DNA of 64,000 bases, taken from an uncultured Caulobacterales bacterium (GTDB taxonomy: Bacteria > Pseudomonadota > Alphaproteobacteria > Caulobacterales > Parvularculaceae). Both the position numbers and the translations under genes were made by a program. Below are positions 27,651 through 37,922 of this stretch, in pieces. Below the pieces are notes generated by a model. The model was not told the DNA's origin and ran no database searches. It saw nothing but the letters and a program-made list of their open reading frames with translations. Position 1 is the first letter of the stretch. Each line of letters begins with the position of its first letter. Location of the stretch: contig CAYQXV010000001.1 in assembly GCA_964421675.1 (NCBI GenBank), positions 7,886 to 71,885 on the forward strand, written 5' to 3'.

Positions 27651-28880
27651 TTGACCCAACCCCGTTCCATCCTGCTGATTATTGGCGGCGGTATTGCCGC
27701 TTATAAAAGCCTTGAACTGATCCGCGAATGTGCACGGCGTCATATCCAGGTCAGAGCAATCCTGACAAAAGCTGGATGTGAATTCGTCACCCCGCTTAGC
27801 GTTTCATCACTCAGCGGAGAGAAAGCCTTTATTGAGCTGTTTGACCTCACGGACGAAGCCGAGATGGGTCATATTCAATTATCGCGCTCAGCCGATCTGG
27901 TTGTTGTCGCGCCCGCAACCGCAGACTTAATGGCAAAGGCAGCAAATGGGTTTGCAAATGACCTCGCATCAACTGCGCTGCTCGCAACTGATAAACCGGT
28001 GATGATGGCCCCGGCCATGAATGTTCGCATGTGGGACCACGCAGCAACACAGCGCAATGTCGAGCAATTGATCGCCGACGGCGTTACAATGGTTGGGCCC
28101 GATGAAGGCGATATGGCATGCGGCGAATTTGGTCCGGGCCGGATGGCAGAACCCCATAATATTGCCGATGCTATTGAAACGTTCTTCATCAATAATAGCA
28201 ATTCGGTATTGCGCGATGTACCGGCGCTGGTAACAGCAGGGCCGACGCACGAACCGCTGGATCCAGTTCGCTACCTTGCCAACCGATCATCAGGAAAACA
28301 AGGATATGCAATTGCATGCGCGTTACGCGATCTTGGCGCGAAGGTAACTTTAGTCTCAGGGCCTACAAATATACCTTCGCCTATCGGCATTGAGACAATC
28401 CGTGTAGAGACAGCACGCCAGATGATGGAAGCAAGCGAAGCCGCCCTACCGGCGACAATTGCTGTATGTTGCGCCGCCGTTGCCGATTATCGGCCTGAAA
28501 TTGAAACCGAGCACAAAATTAAAAAAGAGCGCGGCGGTCTGTCCGCAATATCCTTGGCGGAGAACCCCGATATTCTAAAGGCTCTTTCACGTCACAAAAC
28601 GAAAAGGCCAGATCTTGTTGTGGGATTTGCCGCAGAGACAGACGATGTCCTTGCCCATGCAGATGCAAAACGCGAACGAAAAGGGTGCGATTGGATTGTC
28701 GCCAACGATGTACGCCCCGGCACAGGAACCATGGGCGGCGATCGCAATACAGTTACAATATTATCTGATGAGGGTGACGAAACTTGGCCTGACATGCCAA
28801 AAGATGATGTTGCCCGCAAATTGGCCAACAAGATTGCAGACGTGATTGCAAAACCTCGTCCTGTACGCGCCGCAGAATAG
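27651..28880 (+). CDS. coaBC: Bifunctional phosphopantothenoylcysteine decarboxylase / phosphopantothenate-cysteine ligase
   Basis: N-terminal flavoprotein domain (GGIAAYK, VAPATADLMAK, PAMN) and C-terminal CoaB domain (NRSSGKQG, AAVADY). Confidence 0.95.
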   Translation: MTQPRSILLIIGGGIAAYKSLELIRECARRHIQVRAILTKAGCEFVTPLSVSSLSGEKAFIELFDLTDEAEMGHIQLSRSADLVVVAPATADLMAKAANGFANDLASTALLATDKPVMMAPAMNVRMWDHAATQRNVEQLIADGVTMVGPDEGDMACGEFGPGRMAEPHNIADAIETFFINNSNSVLRDVPALVTAGPTHEPLDPVRYLANRSSGKQGYAIACALRDLGAKVTLVSGPTNIPSPIGIETIRVETARQMMEASEAALPATIAVCCAAVADYRPEIETEHKIKKERGGLSAISLAENPDILKALSRHKTKRPDLVVGFAAETDDVLAHADAKRERKGCDWIVANDVRPGTGTMGGDRNTVTILSDEGDETWPDMPKDDVARKLANKIADVIAKPRPVRAAE

Positions 28881-28907
28881 AATTACGAAGTTAAAATCGT
28901 CAGGACT

Positions 28908-29369
28908 ATGATGACAACTCAACCAATCGTCCAGATTAAGCGCCTTGAAAATGCTGTTGATCTGAAACTACCCCAATATGAAACCACTATGGCGGCGGGA
29001 GCAGACGTCAGAGCTGCAAATGCTGCCGATGCCCCGATTATATTGCGCCCGGGCGAGCGCTTCATGGTTCCCACTGGCATTGCCATTGCACTGCCTGAAG
29101 GGTGGGAGGCGCAGATGCGTCCTCGCTCTGGATTGGCGGCAAAGCACGGCATTTCCTGCGTCAACTCACCGGGTACTATTGATGCCGATTACCGAGGCGA
29201 GCTGAAAGTTATTTTGATCAATCATGGTACAGAAGATTTCACCATCCATCGCGGCGAACGTATTGGCCAGATGGTAATTGCACCAGCTTATCAGGCACAG
29301 TTTGAAGAGGTTGATAGCCTTGACGAAACCGAACGCGGCGCAGGTGGATTTGGCTCCACCGGTGTATGA
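28908..29369 (+). CDS. dut: dUTP diphosphatase
   Basis: [21 protein letters not shown], and the C-terminal [10 protein letters not shown] motif. Confidence 0.95.
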   Translation: MMTTQPIVQIKRLENAVDLKLPQYETTMAAGADVRAANAADAPIILRPGERFMVPTGIAIALPEGWEAQMRPRSGLAAKHGISCVNSPGTIDADYRGELKVILINHGTEDFTIHRGERIGQMVIAPAYQAQFEEVDSLDETERGAGGFGSTGV

Positions 29370-29381
29370 CCCCAAAACCAC

Positions 29382-30131
29382 ATGACCCCAGAACAGATCG
29401 AACGCTATAGCCGCCACATCCTCCTCAAAGAGGTTGGTGGACAAGGGCAACAAAAATTACTCGCCGCGCGTGTTCTGGTCGTCGGCGCAGGCGGACTGGG
29501 CAGTCCAATCTTAATGTATCTTGCTGCCGCCGGTGTGGGCACAATCGGCATTGCCGACAATGACCATGTTGATCGGTCAAATCTGCAGCGACAAACCATC
29601 TATTCCAATTCAGATATTGGGTTACAAAAAACCGCGCGCGCACAGCAATTTATCGCTGAATTAAACCCCGACATCAATGTCATTGAGCATCAATTTCATC
29701 TTGATAAGGATAATATTGGCAAAACCATTGCCGACTATGATTTGATTGTTGAAGGCGTTGATAATTTTGAAACGCGCTTTGCCCTAAACAAAGCCTGCAT
29801 CAAAGCCGGAAAACCATGGATATCTTCCGCGGTTGGTCGCTTTGAAGGCCAAATAACAACATTCAAACCGTCAGACCCCGCCTCACCGTGCTATCGATGT
29901 CTGGTGCCGGAAATTCCGCCGCTCGATGATCAAGTGAATTGTGCCCAGGAAGGCATATTAGGCGCTGTAACCGGTGTTATCGGCACGCTGACAGCAATGG
30001 AAGCTTTGAAAGAAATTTTGCAAATCGGCGACGGGCTGTGTCAACGATTATTGATATATGATGCATTGACGGCAACCAGCCGCACACTGAGCTTTCCTAA
30101 AGACCCAGACTGCCCTGCCTGTTCAAAATAA
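29382..30131 (+). CDS. moeB: HesA/MoeB/ThiF-family adenylyltransferase (molybdopterin-synthase adenylyltransferase-like)
   Basis: RYSRHILL, VGAGGLGSP, DxDxVDxSNLQRQ, CxxC pairs (CYRC, CPAC). Confidence 0.8.
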   Translation: MTPEQIERYSRHILLKEVGGQGQQKLLAARVLVVGAGGLGSPILMYLAAAGVGTIGIADNDHVDRSNLQRQTIYSNSDIGLQKTARAQQFIAELNPDINVIEHQFHLDKDNIGKTIADYDLIVEGVDNFETRFALNKACIKAGKPWISSAVGRFEGQITTFKPSDPASPCYRCLVPEIPPLDDQVNCAQEGILGAVTGVIGTLTAMEALKEILQIGDGLCQRLLIYDALTATSRTLSFPKDPDCPACSK

Positions 30132-30173
30132 CAAAAATCACAATTCTGTTTAGGGCGTCTTATTCAGGTTGCC

Positions 30174-31250
30174 CTACTCAGGTTGGGCGGGCATATCACC
30201 AGCAAGCAATTGCGGATCAACCAACCGGTTTAAGGCTAACCAGCGCACACTCCAGTGCAAATGCGGCCCGGTTACCCGTCCTGTTGCGCCCACCTCGCCA
30301 ATGATCTGGCCTTTTTCAACGCGCTCACCAACTTCAACATCAAGTTTGGACATGTGCAAAAATGCACTTTCAATCCAATGACCATGATCCAGCAATACGG
30401 TTCCCCCGCCAAAATACATATCAGGCTCGGCCAAGGTCACGACACCGCCAGCAGGAGCGATAATGGGTGTGCCTGTCGGGCGCGCAACATCAACCCCAGA
30501 GTGAGGGCGTTTGGGTTCACCATTTAAAATACGCCTTGACCCGAACACGCCGGAAATGCGGCCCGTTACCGGCCAGTCAAAACCATCAACCCAGTCGGCA
30601 CCGCTTTGGGTTTGCGAACGCGCGGCCTTGAACAATGCTTGATCTGCACGAATTTTCACCAATTGCGCCTCGGTAAAACCGGAGACTTTCGATTGATCCA
30701 ACCCGTCAATGCGCTGTTCTGGAAATGATTTATCGGCAAGCTCTATTGTTTCCGTTTTTATCGTTCCATCAGGGAGCGTTACTTGCAGTTGCGCGCTAAG
30801 CGCACTATCGCGGCCAAAACCAAGGACAAAACGTCCGCCATCATCGACCATGATCTTACTATTATCGAGTCTGACGATTGCGCCCGGTATTGTCTGCCCA
30901 AAGAGCATACCTGCCTGAGAATAGGTACCCGACAAGATAAAGCCATTATTTTGCAGATCGACGCCCGCTCCATTGCTCTTTTCTTCCGGCAAGTCCGATA
31001 GAGCTCCTTGCTCAGCCCCATCATTGACGGGATCAATCAGTACTGCGTTCGATTCAAGGCTTACTGGTGTCGGCTGAACAAGTGCTTCAGGGGCGGTCGC
31101 GGGTTTCGCCGCAACTTGTTGATCTGTTGCAACAGCGGCAACAACTTCAGCGGCCTCAACGGTTGGCTCAACCGGCGCTGGATTAATACAGCCCTGCACC
31201 ATAACTGCAGCTGCAATCGCGATAGGCATGATTTTTTGAGAACTGCGCAT
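30174..31250 (-). CDS. M23-family metallopeptidase lipoprotein
   Basis: Lipobox VQGC. HSGVDVA...G and LDHGHWIESAFLHMS...TGRVTGPHLHW (HxxxD / HxH LytM motifs). Confidence 0.85.
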   Translation of the reverse strand: MRSSQKIMPIAIAAAVMVQGCINPAPVEPTVEAAEVVAAVATDQQVAAKPATAPEALVQPTPVSLESNAVLIDPVNDGAEQGALSDLPEEKSNGAGVDLQNNGFILSGTYSQAGMLFGQTIPGAIVRLDNSKIMVDDGGRFVLGFGRDSALSAQLQVTLPDGTIKTETIELADKSFPEQRIDGLDQSKVSGFTEAQLVKIRADQALFKAARSQTQSGADWVDGFDWPVTGRISGVFGSRRILNGEPKRPHSGVDVARPTGTPIIAPAGGVVTLAEPDMYFGGGTVLLDHGHWIESAFLHMSKLDVEVGERVEKGQIIGEVGATGRVTGPHLHWSVRWLALNRLVDPQLLAGDMPAQPE

Positions 31251-31253
31251 CGT

Positions 31254-31469
31254 TCAGTTTCCTTTGCTGACCAACCCAAAACCCACCGATGCATTCGCCG
31301 CATCCGCATAGGCTTCCTGTTTTTCGATATTCCAGTACCGCAACGCCGCTAACGGAATGCGCACACCGCTTATTGCACATTTTACAAAAGCGCCGGGCAC
31401 CAAAACTTCATAGTCGGCATCTGTATAAAGAAGCTTTGCTTCACCGCCAGCACCATCAAACAGGTTCAT
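31254..31469 (-). CDS. Small conserved protein (DUF2093-like)
   Basis: 71 aa. AKLLYTDADYEVLVPGAFVKCAISGVRIPLAALRYWNIEKQEAY resembles the alphaproteobacterial DUF2093 pattern as I recall it. It is 3 nt upstream of the M23 gene. Confidence 0.5.
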   Translation of the reverse strand: MNLFDGAGGEAKLLYTDADYEVLVPGAFVKCAISGVRIPLAALRYWNIEKQEAYADAANASVGFGLVSKGN

Positions 31470-31629
31470 CGATCAAATCTCTCATATTCACTCAATAAGG
31501 CTTTATAGCCTGTTGCGCAGGGAAGAATAAAGGGGGTAACGCGGTCTCGTGGCCATAGGGAAAAATGAAGCATTGATTTCGCCAATCTATTTTTCTTGCT
31601 TTGGCTCAATCAGCGTTCTACCAGTACGC

Positions 31630-31816
31630 CCGTAATGGTGCCAACGCCCGCTAAGGGCTGCGGAGAATAGGGAAAACGGTGAAATTCCGTTGCTGTGCCC
31701 GCAACTGTAAGCAGGAAAGATGCCCCGCCAACGCCACTGAACCGCCGGTTAAATCGGCATTCGGGAAGGCAAGGGAACATCTGTCAGACCTCGCAAAGTC
31801 AGGAGACCTGCCATTA
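31630..31816 (+). promoter_or_regulatory. Cobalamin (B12) riboswitch
   Basis: Conserved core is visible: GGTGCC...AATAGGGAAAACGGTGAAATTCCGTTGCTGTGCCCGCAACTGTAA...GCCACTG...GGGAAGGC. The B12 box AGTCAGGAGACCTGCC is at 31798-31813, immediately upstream of a TonB-dependent receptor. Confidence 0.9.
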
Positions 31817-31922
31817 CTATCGTCCATTCCCGGGCCGGGACCAGCCTGAGGATACTAATTTGCGCACGGGCTTTTTGGGTCAGGCGGAAATTGGCGCGGC
31901 GACGTTTACTTTATCGCTCGCT

Positions 31923-33917
31923 ATGGAGATTTTCTTGCGCAATTCACAAAACTCAGCCTTCCGTCTTAATGCCCTCTTTTTAGGGATTTTACCGCTTCTT
32001 CACTATCCCGCCGCTAGCGCAGAAGACACGATTGAGCCGACTTCATGTTCCGACCAATGTTCGTCAGACCCTGATAGTTTCCGCGATGACATTGTCGTGG
32101 TTGCCAATCGCCGCGCCATCAGTAGAGACGAAGTTGGCTCTGCAATCAGCGTAATTGAAGCGGCGCAAATTCAGGCGCGCCAATTTCAAACTGTTGCCGA
32201 TGCGCTATCGCTTAGTCCCGGCGTTACATTGGCAAGAAACAGTGCGTTTGGCGGTGTATCCTCTGTCAGCATTAGGGGGGCATCCAGCCGGCAAACCCTT
32301 GTTCTTTTAGACGGCATTGTTGTGAATGATCCCTCTTCACCAGGCGGCAGTTTCAACTTTGCCAATCTCGACGTCGCCGATATTGATCGTATCGAGGTAT
32401 TACGCGGCCCGCAAAGTATTCTGTATGGGTCCGAAGCCATAGGCGGTGTCATTTCAATCACCACGACACGTGCCGACAAATCCGCCAATAGCGATACTCT
32501 CAACAGCACAGGGTTTGTCGAAGCAGGCTCGTTTGCAACTATCCGCGCCGGCCTTGGTTTATCTGGCTATCACAACAAATTTGATTATCGCGTTTCGGTT
32601 TTTGGCACACGCACCGATGGTATTTCGCGCGCCGATGAAGATGATGGAAACACGGAGGAGGATGGGTTTGAGTCAATCGCTGCCTCTCTAAATGTTGGGT
32701 ATGAGTTCAACGATATCATTCGCGCTGAATCCTTTGCACGCTATGGCACCAGCAGTACCGAGTTTGACGGCTTTCCCCCGCCCGACTTTGCTCTGGCCGA
32801 TAGCAATGATGATGATAGCGTCGAAGAATTTAACATTGGCGCCCGTTTAATTGGTGATTTTGTGGATGATCGCTTCCACAATGAAGTGACACTTGGATAT
32901 AGCCGCATTGAGCGGACAAATTTTTCCGGCGACGCCGTCACTTTCGATGCAACAGGCGACCGGCTATCAATCGAATATCTTGGCCAGTTTGAACTCACCG
33001 ACAATTTTACCCTAACCGGAGGCGGAGAGAGCGAACGAACATCAATAGAAACCGATGCGATAACCGATGATGTACGGATTAATAGTGTATTTGGTCTTGC
33101 GGAGTGGCGCGTATTTGAGCGCACCGACCAGTTGCCATTTGACGCTGATCTAACGGTAACAGGCGGCATACGCCACGATGACCACTCCACCTTTGGCGGC
33201 ATAACAACCACGCGCTTTACCGGTGCATTAGGGCTCACCGATGCAGGTATTATTCTGCGCGGTTCATGGGGGGAAGCCTTTTCGGCCCCGTCCCTTTTTC
33301 AGTTAAACTTTGTTTTTGGCCCAGGCGAGCCCAATCGCGACCTATTACCAGAATCCAGCACTGGATTTGACATCGGGCTTGAAAAGCAATTCTTCTCCGG
33401 CAACCGCGATATTGCGCGCATTAGCGTTACCTATTTCGATCAACAAACAGACAATCTCATTGATTTTAATTTCGCAACCGGCGCGTTTTTCAATATCAAC
33501 GAAACGCGCCAGCAAGGCATTGAAGTCGAGTCGGTCATTCGCCCGCTGAGCTTTCTTTCTATAAATGCGGCCTACACCTATGCTGATGCCGTTGATGTCG
33601 CCACCAATTTACAAGCATTGCGCCAGCCCGAACATCGCTTCTTTGGCGACATTACCCTCAAGGCAAGCGAACGCTTAACCCTCTCCCTTGGCGCAACCTT
33701 TAACGGCGAAGAACGCGACTTTGGGGGCACAATCGACGCCTTCACTCGCTTTGATCTGCGCGCGCAATATGGTTTGATGAGAAACCGCGCCGATGATAGT
33801 AATATTCTCGAGATATTTGCTCGTATCGAGAACTTTACCGATTCAAACTATCAAGATGTTCTCGGCTTTGGAGAACCAGGCATTTCTGCGTTCGGGGGCA
33901 TTCGGGTGCGCTTGTGA
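31923..33917 (+). CDS. btuB: TonB-dependent receptor, cobalamin-type (BtuB-like)
   Basis: Start set at MEIFLRN (ATG 31923) downstream of the riboswitch. Signal peptide, TonB box DDIVVVA, plug domain (RGASSRQTLVLLDGI, EVLRGPQSILYGSEAIGGVI). C-terminal beta-barrel ending in an aromatic/aliphatic terminus. Confidence 0.85.
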   Translation: MEIFLRNSQNSAFRLNALFLGILPLLHYPAASAEDTIEPTSCSDQCSSDPDSFRDDIVVVANRRAISRDEVGSAISVIEAAQIQARQFQTVADALSLSPGVTLARNSAFGGVSSVSIRGASSRQTLVLLDGIVVNDPSSPGGSFNFANLDVADIDRIEVLRGPQSILYGSEAIGGVISITTTRADKSANSDTLNSTGFVEAGSFATIRAGLGLSGYHNKFDYRVSVFGTRTDGISRADEDDGNTEEDGFESIAASLNVGYEFNDIIRAESFARYGTSSTEFDGFPPPDFALADSNDDDSVEEFNIGARLIGDFVDDRFHNEVTLGYSRIERTNFSGDAVTFDATGDRLSIEYLGQFELTDNFTLTGGGESERTSIETDAITDDVRINSVFGLAEWRVFERTDQLPFDADLTVTGGIRHDDHSTFGGITTTRFTGALGLTDAGIILRGSWGEAFSAPSLFQLNFVFGPGEPNRDLLPESSTGFDIGLEKQFFSGNRDIARISVTYFDQQTDNLIDFNFATGAFFNINETRQQGIEVESVIRPLSFLSINAAYTYADAVDVATNLQALRQPEHRFFGDITLKASERLTLSLGATFNGEERDFGGTIDAFTRFDLRAQYGLMRNRADDSNILEIFARIENFTDSNYQDVLGFGEPGISAFGGIRVRL

Positions 33918-34774
33918 TTTTTGACCAAATTTTCATTGGTATCAGAATTTTTCTTGTCGCTCAGCTGTTGCACCTGGCGAGCCTGGATGTAAGTGCGCAA
34001 GAACCACAAATCGCTTCGCTTGATTTTTGCGCAGATCATTATGTGCTAACGCTCGCAGAGTCTGACTGGATTGCCGGTCTTTCGGTGGATAGTCGGGGTG
34101 TTTACGCTTTGCCAAACGGCGAAGCGAGAACACTCCCACAACTCCCCGCAAAACCCGAACCCCTTATTATGAGCGATATCAATCATGTGGTACGCCTATG
34201 GGGAGGGAGCCAAAAACTTGTTGATCAGCTAAGCACACAAAATATCAAAGTCACACAGCTCGGCTTTTCAACCAATTTTGACCATGTCTGGAACAATATT
34301 GCTCTGCTTGCAGAACATTTGGCTATTGGGCCCACAAAACTAACCGCCATCAAACAAAACCATGATGACAAACGAACCCGCCTTGCCGAACAACGATCCC
34401 GGCTTGATGCCATCTCTGCCCTTTACATCACGCCCGGCGGCGTCACCGCAGGGCACGGAACCATGATCGATACGATCATCACCCAAGCTGGTCTAAAGAA
34501 CAAAGCCGCACAGAATGGGCATTCGGGATGGGTGCCCATGTCATTAGAAATGGTAGTGATGGACCCTCCAGACATTATCATTTCTGGTTTTTTTGATAGC
34601 CCGCTGGAACAGGCAAATCATTGGTCAGCAGCCCATCACCCAGTGTTTGCGGATTTATTTGACCGTATACCCACTATTTCTCTACCCTTGCATCAGATCG
34701 GGTGCGCTGGCCCCGCATCGCTTGATGCAGCTCTGACGCTGCAAAAACACCTACAATCATGGTCGCCATCATGA
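33914..34774 (+). CDS. ABC transporter periplasmic substrate-binding protein (BtuF/FhuD-type)
   Basis: Signal peptide. GTG start overlaps the btuB stop (GTGA). Sits between the receptor and a FecCD permease under the B12 riboswitch. Confidence 0.65.
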   Translation: MIFDQIFIGIRIFLVAQLLHLASLDVSAQEPQIASLDFCADHYVLTLAESDWIAGLSVDSRGVYALPNGEARTLPQLPAKPEPLIMSDINHVVRLWGGSQKLVDQLSTQNIKVTQLGFSTNFDHVWNNIALLAEHLAIGPTKLTAIKQNHDDKRTRLAEQRSRLDAISALYITPGGVTAGHGTMIDTIITQAGLKNKAAQNGHSGWVPMSLEMVVMDPPDIIISGFFDSPLEQANHWSAAHHPVFADLFDRIPTISLPLHQIGCAGPASLDAALTLQKHLQSWSPS

Positions 34775-35775
34775 AATATCTCCTGCAAGATATAAGATTG
34801 ATCGCCCTGCTCACAACTGTGGGCATAGCCATAATTGTACTTTCCCTATTCTTTGGATCAGCGCCCATAATGGCCGGTGACACCTTCGCTGCATTTTTTG
34901 CATCGGGAGATGCACGGGTCTCAATAATCGTCAACGAAATTCGCCTACCGCGCTCTCTCGCCGCATGGTTCACAGGCTTTGCCCTTGGCGCGAGCGGGGC
35001 CGCCTTGCAAGGGTTATTGCGAAACCCACTCTCCGACCCCGGCGTTCTTGGTGTATCCGCAAGCGGCGCGTTGGGCGCAACGATTGCAATCTATTTTAAT
35101 TTTGTGGCGTTGGGGTTTTGGGTTTTGCCTGTATTCGCAATTCTTGGCGCTTTGATGGCAACGCTCGCACTCGCCCTTTTTAGTATGCGAAATGTCAGCA
35201 CAACAAGATTGATCCTTGTGGGCATTGGCATCTCATCATTTGCCGGCGCATTGATTTCGCTGGTAATGAATTTAGCGCCAACCCCGTTTGCGTTGGCCGA
35301 TCTTGTAAACTGGCTGTTTGGAACAGTATCCAATCGCAGCATGAATGATTTGGGGCTTGCCTTACCCTTTATGCTTATTGGGTTGATCATTTTGCTTCCA
35401 ACCGCACGCTATTTATCTGCCCTTACGTTGGGCGAGGAAACAGCGACCACGCTTGGCGTCGATATACGAAAAACCCAATTGTTGATTATTGTCGGTACAG
35501 CATTACTAACAGGCGCGAGCGTTGCCCTTGCGGGAACTATTGGGTTTGTCGGCATTGTCGCCCCGCACCTTGCGCGCCCTTGGGTGCACCATGACCCCGC
35601 GCGCTTGATATTACCGTCCGCTCTTCTAGCCGCCGCCATGTTAACCGCCTCTGATTTGATCATTCGCATACTGCCATTTAATCAGGAATTGCGGTTGGGT
35701 GTTGTCGCCGCCTTAATCGGGGCACCGGCATTTGCGATCATCGCAGCGCGTCATGCAAATCTTGGTGACTCATGA
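34759..35775 (+). CDS. FecCD-family ABC permease (BtuC-like)
   Basis: IRLPRSLAAWFTGFALGASGAALQGLLRNPLSDPGVLGVSAS, plus C-terminal GFVGIVAPHLAR and LGVVAALIGAPAF motifs. Confidence 0.85.
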   Translation: MVAIMKYLLQDIRLIALLTTVGIAIIVLSLFFGSAPIMAGDTFAAFFASGDARVSIIVNEIRLPRSLAAWFTGFALGASGAALQGLLRNPLSDPGVLGVSASGALGATIAIYFNFVALGFWVLPVFAILGALMATLALALFSMRNVSTTRLILVGIGISSFAGALISLVMNLAPTPFALADLVNWLFGTVSNRSMNDLGLALPFMLIGLIILLPTARYLSALTLGEETATTLGVDIRKTQLLIIVGTALLTGASVALAGTIGFVGIVAPHLARPWVHHDPARLILPSALLAAAMLTASDLIIRILPFNQELRLGVVAALIGAPAFAIIAARHANLGDS

Positions 35776-36536
35776 CATCGCTCATTGTCAAAAATCTGAA
35801 CGTCGTCAAAGATAGCGCTCCAATTCTCAGCGATGTTTCATTTTCCGCAAATGCTGGCGAATTTATCGGCATTTTAGGCGCGAACGGTGCCGGAAAATCC
35901 ACATTACTGTCTGCAATAGCTGGGACCCTACAATCCGGTGGACAAGTGGAGCTCAATGGACGCGCGCTTGAAGCCATATCATTGCATCAACGTGCATCTT
36001 TTATGTCATACCTGCCGCAGCATCGTCCGGTTCATTGGTCAATGACATTAGAACAAGTTGTAAAGCTTGGTCGCTTTGCCAGTCGCGACAATAGTGACAG
36101 CGCTAAGGAACTGCGCGCCGTGGATGATGCCATAAAAACCATGCATCTAAGCCATCTGTCGGGGCGCCATGCCCACACCTTATCAGGCGGCGAGCGAGCC
36201 CGCATGCATCTGGCCCGTGTGCTCGCAAGCCAGGTGAAAATGCTACTGCTTGACGAGCCAATAGATGCGCTAGACCCACAGCATCAACATGACATTATGA
36301 ATATTTTGGCCAATCAAGCGAAAGCAGGCAGTCTTGTGATTGCAAGCTTTCATGATATCGATTTGGCCATGCGCTATTGTTCGCGGTTGATTGTTTTACA
36401 CGAGGGAACACTTTATGCGGACGATACTCCCGATAGGGTCGTCACCGCCAAAACGATAAAAGATGTGTTTAACCTGTCGCTCAACCTTCTGGATGTTGGC
36501 GAGGATAAATATCCCCTTCTCTCGCCAGAAATGTAA
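35772..36536 (+). CDS. ABC transporter ATP-binding protein (BtuD/FecE-like)
   Basis: Walker A GANGAGKST, signature LSGGERAR, Walker B LLLDEP. ATGA overlap with the permease stop. Confidence 0.85.
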   Translation: MTSLIVKNLNVVKDSAPILSDVSFSANAGEFIGILGANGAGKSTLLSAIAGTLQSGGQVELNGRALEAISLHQRASFMSYLPQHRPVHWSMTLEQVVKLGRFASRDNSDSAKELRAVDDAIKTMHLSHLSGRHAHTLSGGERARMHLARVLASQVKMLLLDEPIDALDPQHQHDIMNILANQAKAGSLVIASFHDIDLAMRYCSRLIVLHEGTLYADDTPDRVVTAKTIKDVFNLSLNLLDVGEDKYPLLSPEM

Positions 36537-36552
36537 GCCGCGAGCAACTTAC

Positions 36553-37731
36553 CTAAAGGGGCTTTTCATAAATTCGATATGTTTTATCGACAACGCCGCC
36601 AATATCTTCAAGCATCGTGATCATCGCTTTATTGCTTTCCAAAATCCACGACAATTCAGCATGAGTTATACCATTTTCAATACTTGAATCATTGACCATC
36701 TCGATAATCTTATAGGCAAAGGCCGCGCCCAGTGGCTTCCCCTGATATTTCCGACGTATACCCATTAATGGCATTCGGGCCGTCTTTACTTTCTGAACCT
36801 TAAGCCGCCAGAGAAATTTCGCCCATCCCAATGGCAGGAGCTTTCCATTCAAATCGTGAATAATTTCATTGATGTTCGGCAAAACAAGACCAAAGGCCGC
36901 CGGTTCGCCGTCAACCGTACACATAACCGTATTGTGTTTTTCTATGATGGGACGCAAATCTGACGCCATGTGCCGGGCCTCAGCATCGCTTAAGGGAACA
37001 AATCCCCAATTATTCACCCATGCATCATTAAAGACATCAACGGCCGTCACAAGTTCATCAGTAAATTTTGAAAAATCAAAATTGCGCACCTCTATGTGCG
37101 GTTTATCAATCAATTTTGCGACAAATTTCTTTCGCCGCTCAGGCATAAACCCGTAGCGGGCGGGATACCACAAGGCAAACATATCGCTAGCTTTTTCAAA
37201 TCCATGGGACTCGATGCACGATTTATAAAATGGTTTCCCATGCGGCATCATCACCGCAGGCGAGCGATCAAAACCATCAACCAACAAACCACATTCCTCA
37301 TTTACCGAAAAATTATAGGGCCCGGCAATTGCAACCATCCCGCGATCTTTAAGCCAATTTTGCGCGGTCGTTAACAATGCTGTTGCGACATCTTCATTTT
37401 CTATGGTTTCGAAAAATCCAAAATGCCCAGTTTTTTGATCATAATGCTGGATATAGGTTTTGTTTACGATGGCCCCAATGCGCCCGACACATACGCCATC
37501 GCGTTCAGCCAGCCATAATTGATGGTCATTATTCTTTAGTAGCGGATTTGCCTCCGGGTTCAGGCGCGCCAGCAATTCAAAATCCAGGGGCTGCACAAAG
37601 GCAGGGTCATCCTTGTAAAGATCGATTGTCATTCGCGCAAATTGTCGGCGCTCCGCTTTGCTGTTAACGGGCGTAATCGTAATTATATCGGATGATATCG
37701 CCGATTGTGTCTCGGCTGTGTTCGTATTCAT
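36553..37731 (-). CDS. GNAT-like acyltransferase family protein; candidate bacterial ceramide synthase (bCerS-like)
   Basis: 392 aa two-lobed N-acyltransferase-like sequence (YKDDPAFVQPL...GRIGAIVN...; RRKYQGKPLGAAFAYKII). It is located in the spt/ACP/reductase cluster. The assignment rests on context and is an inference. Confidence 0.5.
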   Translation of the reverse strand: MNTNTAETQSAISSDIITITPVNSKAERRQFARMTIDLYKDDPAFVQPLDFELLARLNPEANPLLKNNDHQLWLAERDGVCVGRIGAIVNKTYIQHYDQKTGHFGFFETIENEDVATALLTTAQNWLKDRGMVAIAGPYNFSVNEECGLLVDGFDRSPAVMMPHGKPFYKSCIESHGFEKASDMFALWYPARYGFMPERRKKFVAKLIDKPHIEVRNFDFSKFTDELVTAVDVFNDAWVNNWGFVPLSDAEARHMASDLRPIIEKHNTVMCTVDGEPAAFGLVLPNINEIIHDLNGKLLPLGWAKFLWRLKVQKVKTARMPLMGIRRKYQGKPLGAAFAYKIIEMVNDSSIENGITHAELSWILESNKAMITMLEDIGGVVDKTYRIYEKPL

Positions 37732-37922
37732 CGCATCACCCCTGATTAATTGCTGCTCGACACTTAAATCGCTTTGTTCGCCAATAAGACGAACAATAGC
37801 GGTTTACAAGCCACAATTTCAATGGGAGCCTCAAGCAGGGCAGAGCATCCACCAGAGGGTGGAAAAAAAAGGAGAGTTAGGCACCCGCTATGCCGGCAGG
37901 AGATAAGCGGGAGTTCCGCGTA

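Noticed and set aside
31695-31922. N-terminal 76 codons of the listed 740-aa ORF (MPATVSRKDAPP...)
   Set aside because: This stretch overlaps the cobalamin riboswitch, including the B12 box, and has Arg/Pro/Gln-rich nonsense composition. A proper signal peptide follows the ATG at 31923.
32741-33238. 165-aa minus-strand ORF
   Set aside because: It is antisense to the TonB-dependent receptor and has no independent support.
37863-37911. Possible terminator after the DUF2141 gene (CCCGCT...AGCGGG hairpin and a T8 run on the minus strand; also a CCACC...GGTGG hairpin)
   Set aside because: The hairpin loop is 16 nt and the T-tract lies 13 nt from the stem. For the second hairpin the T-tract precedes rather than follows the stem. 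Neither geometry is canonical.
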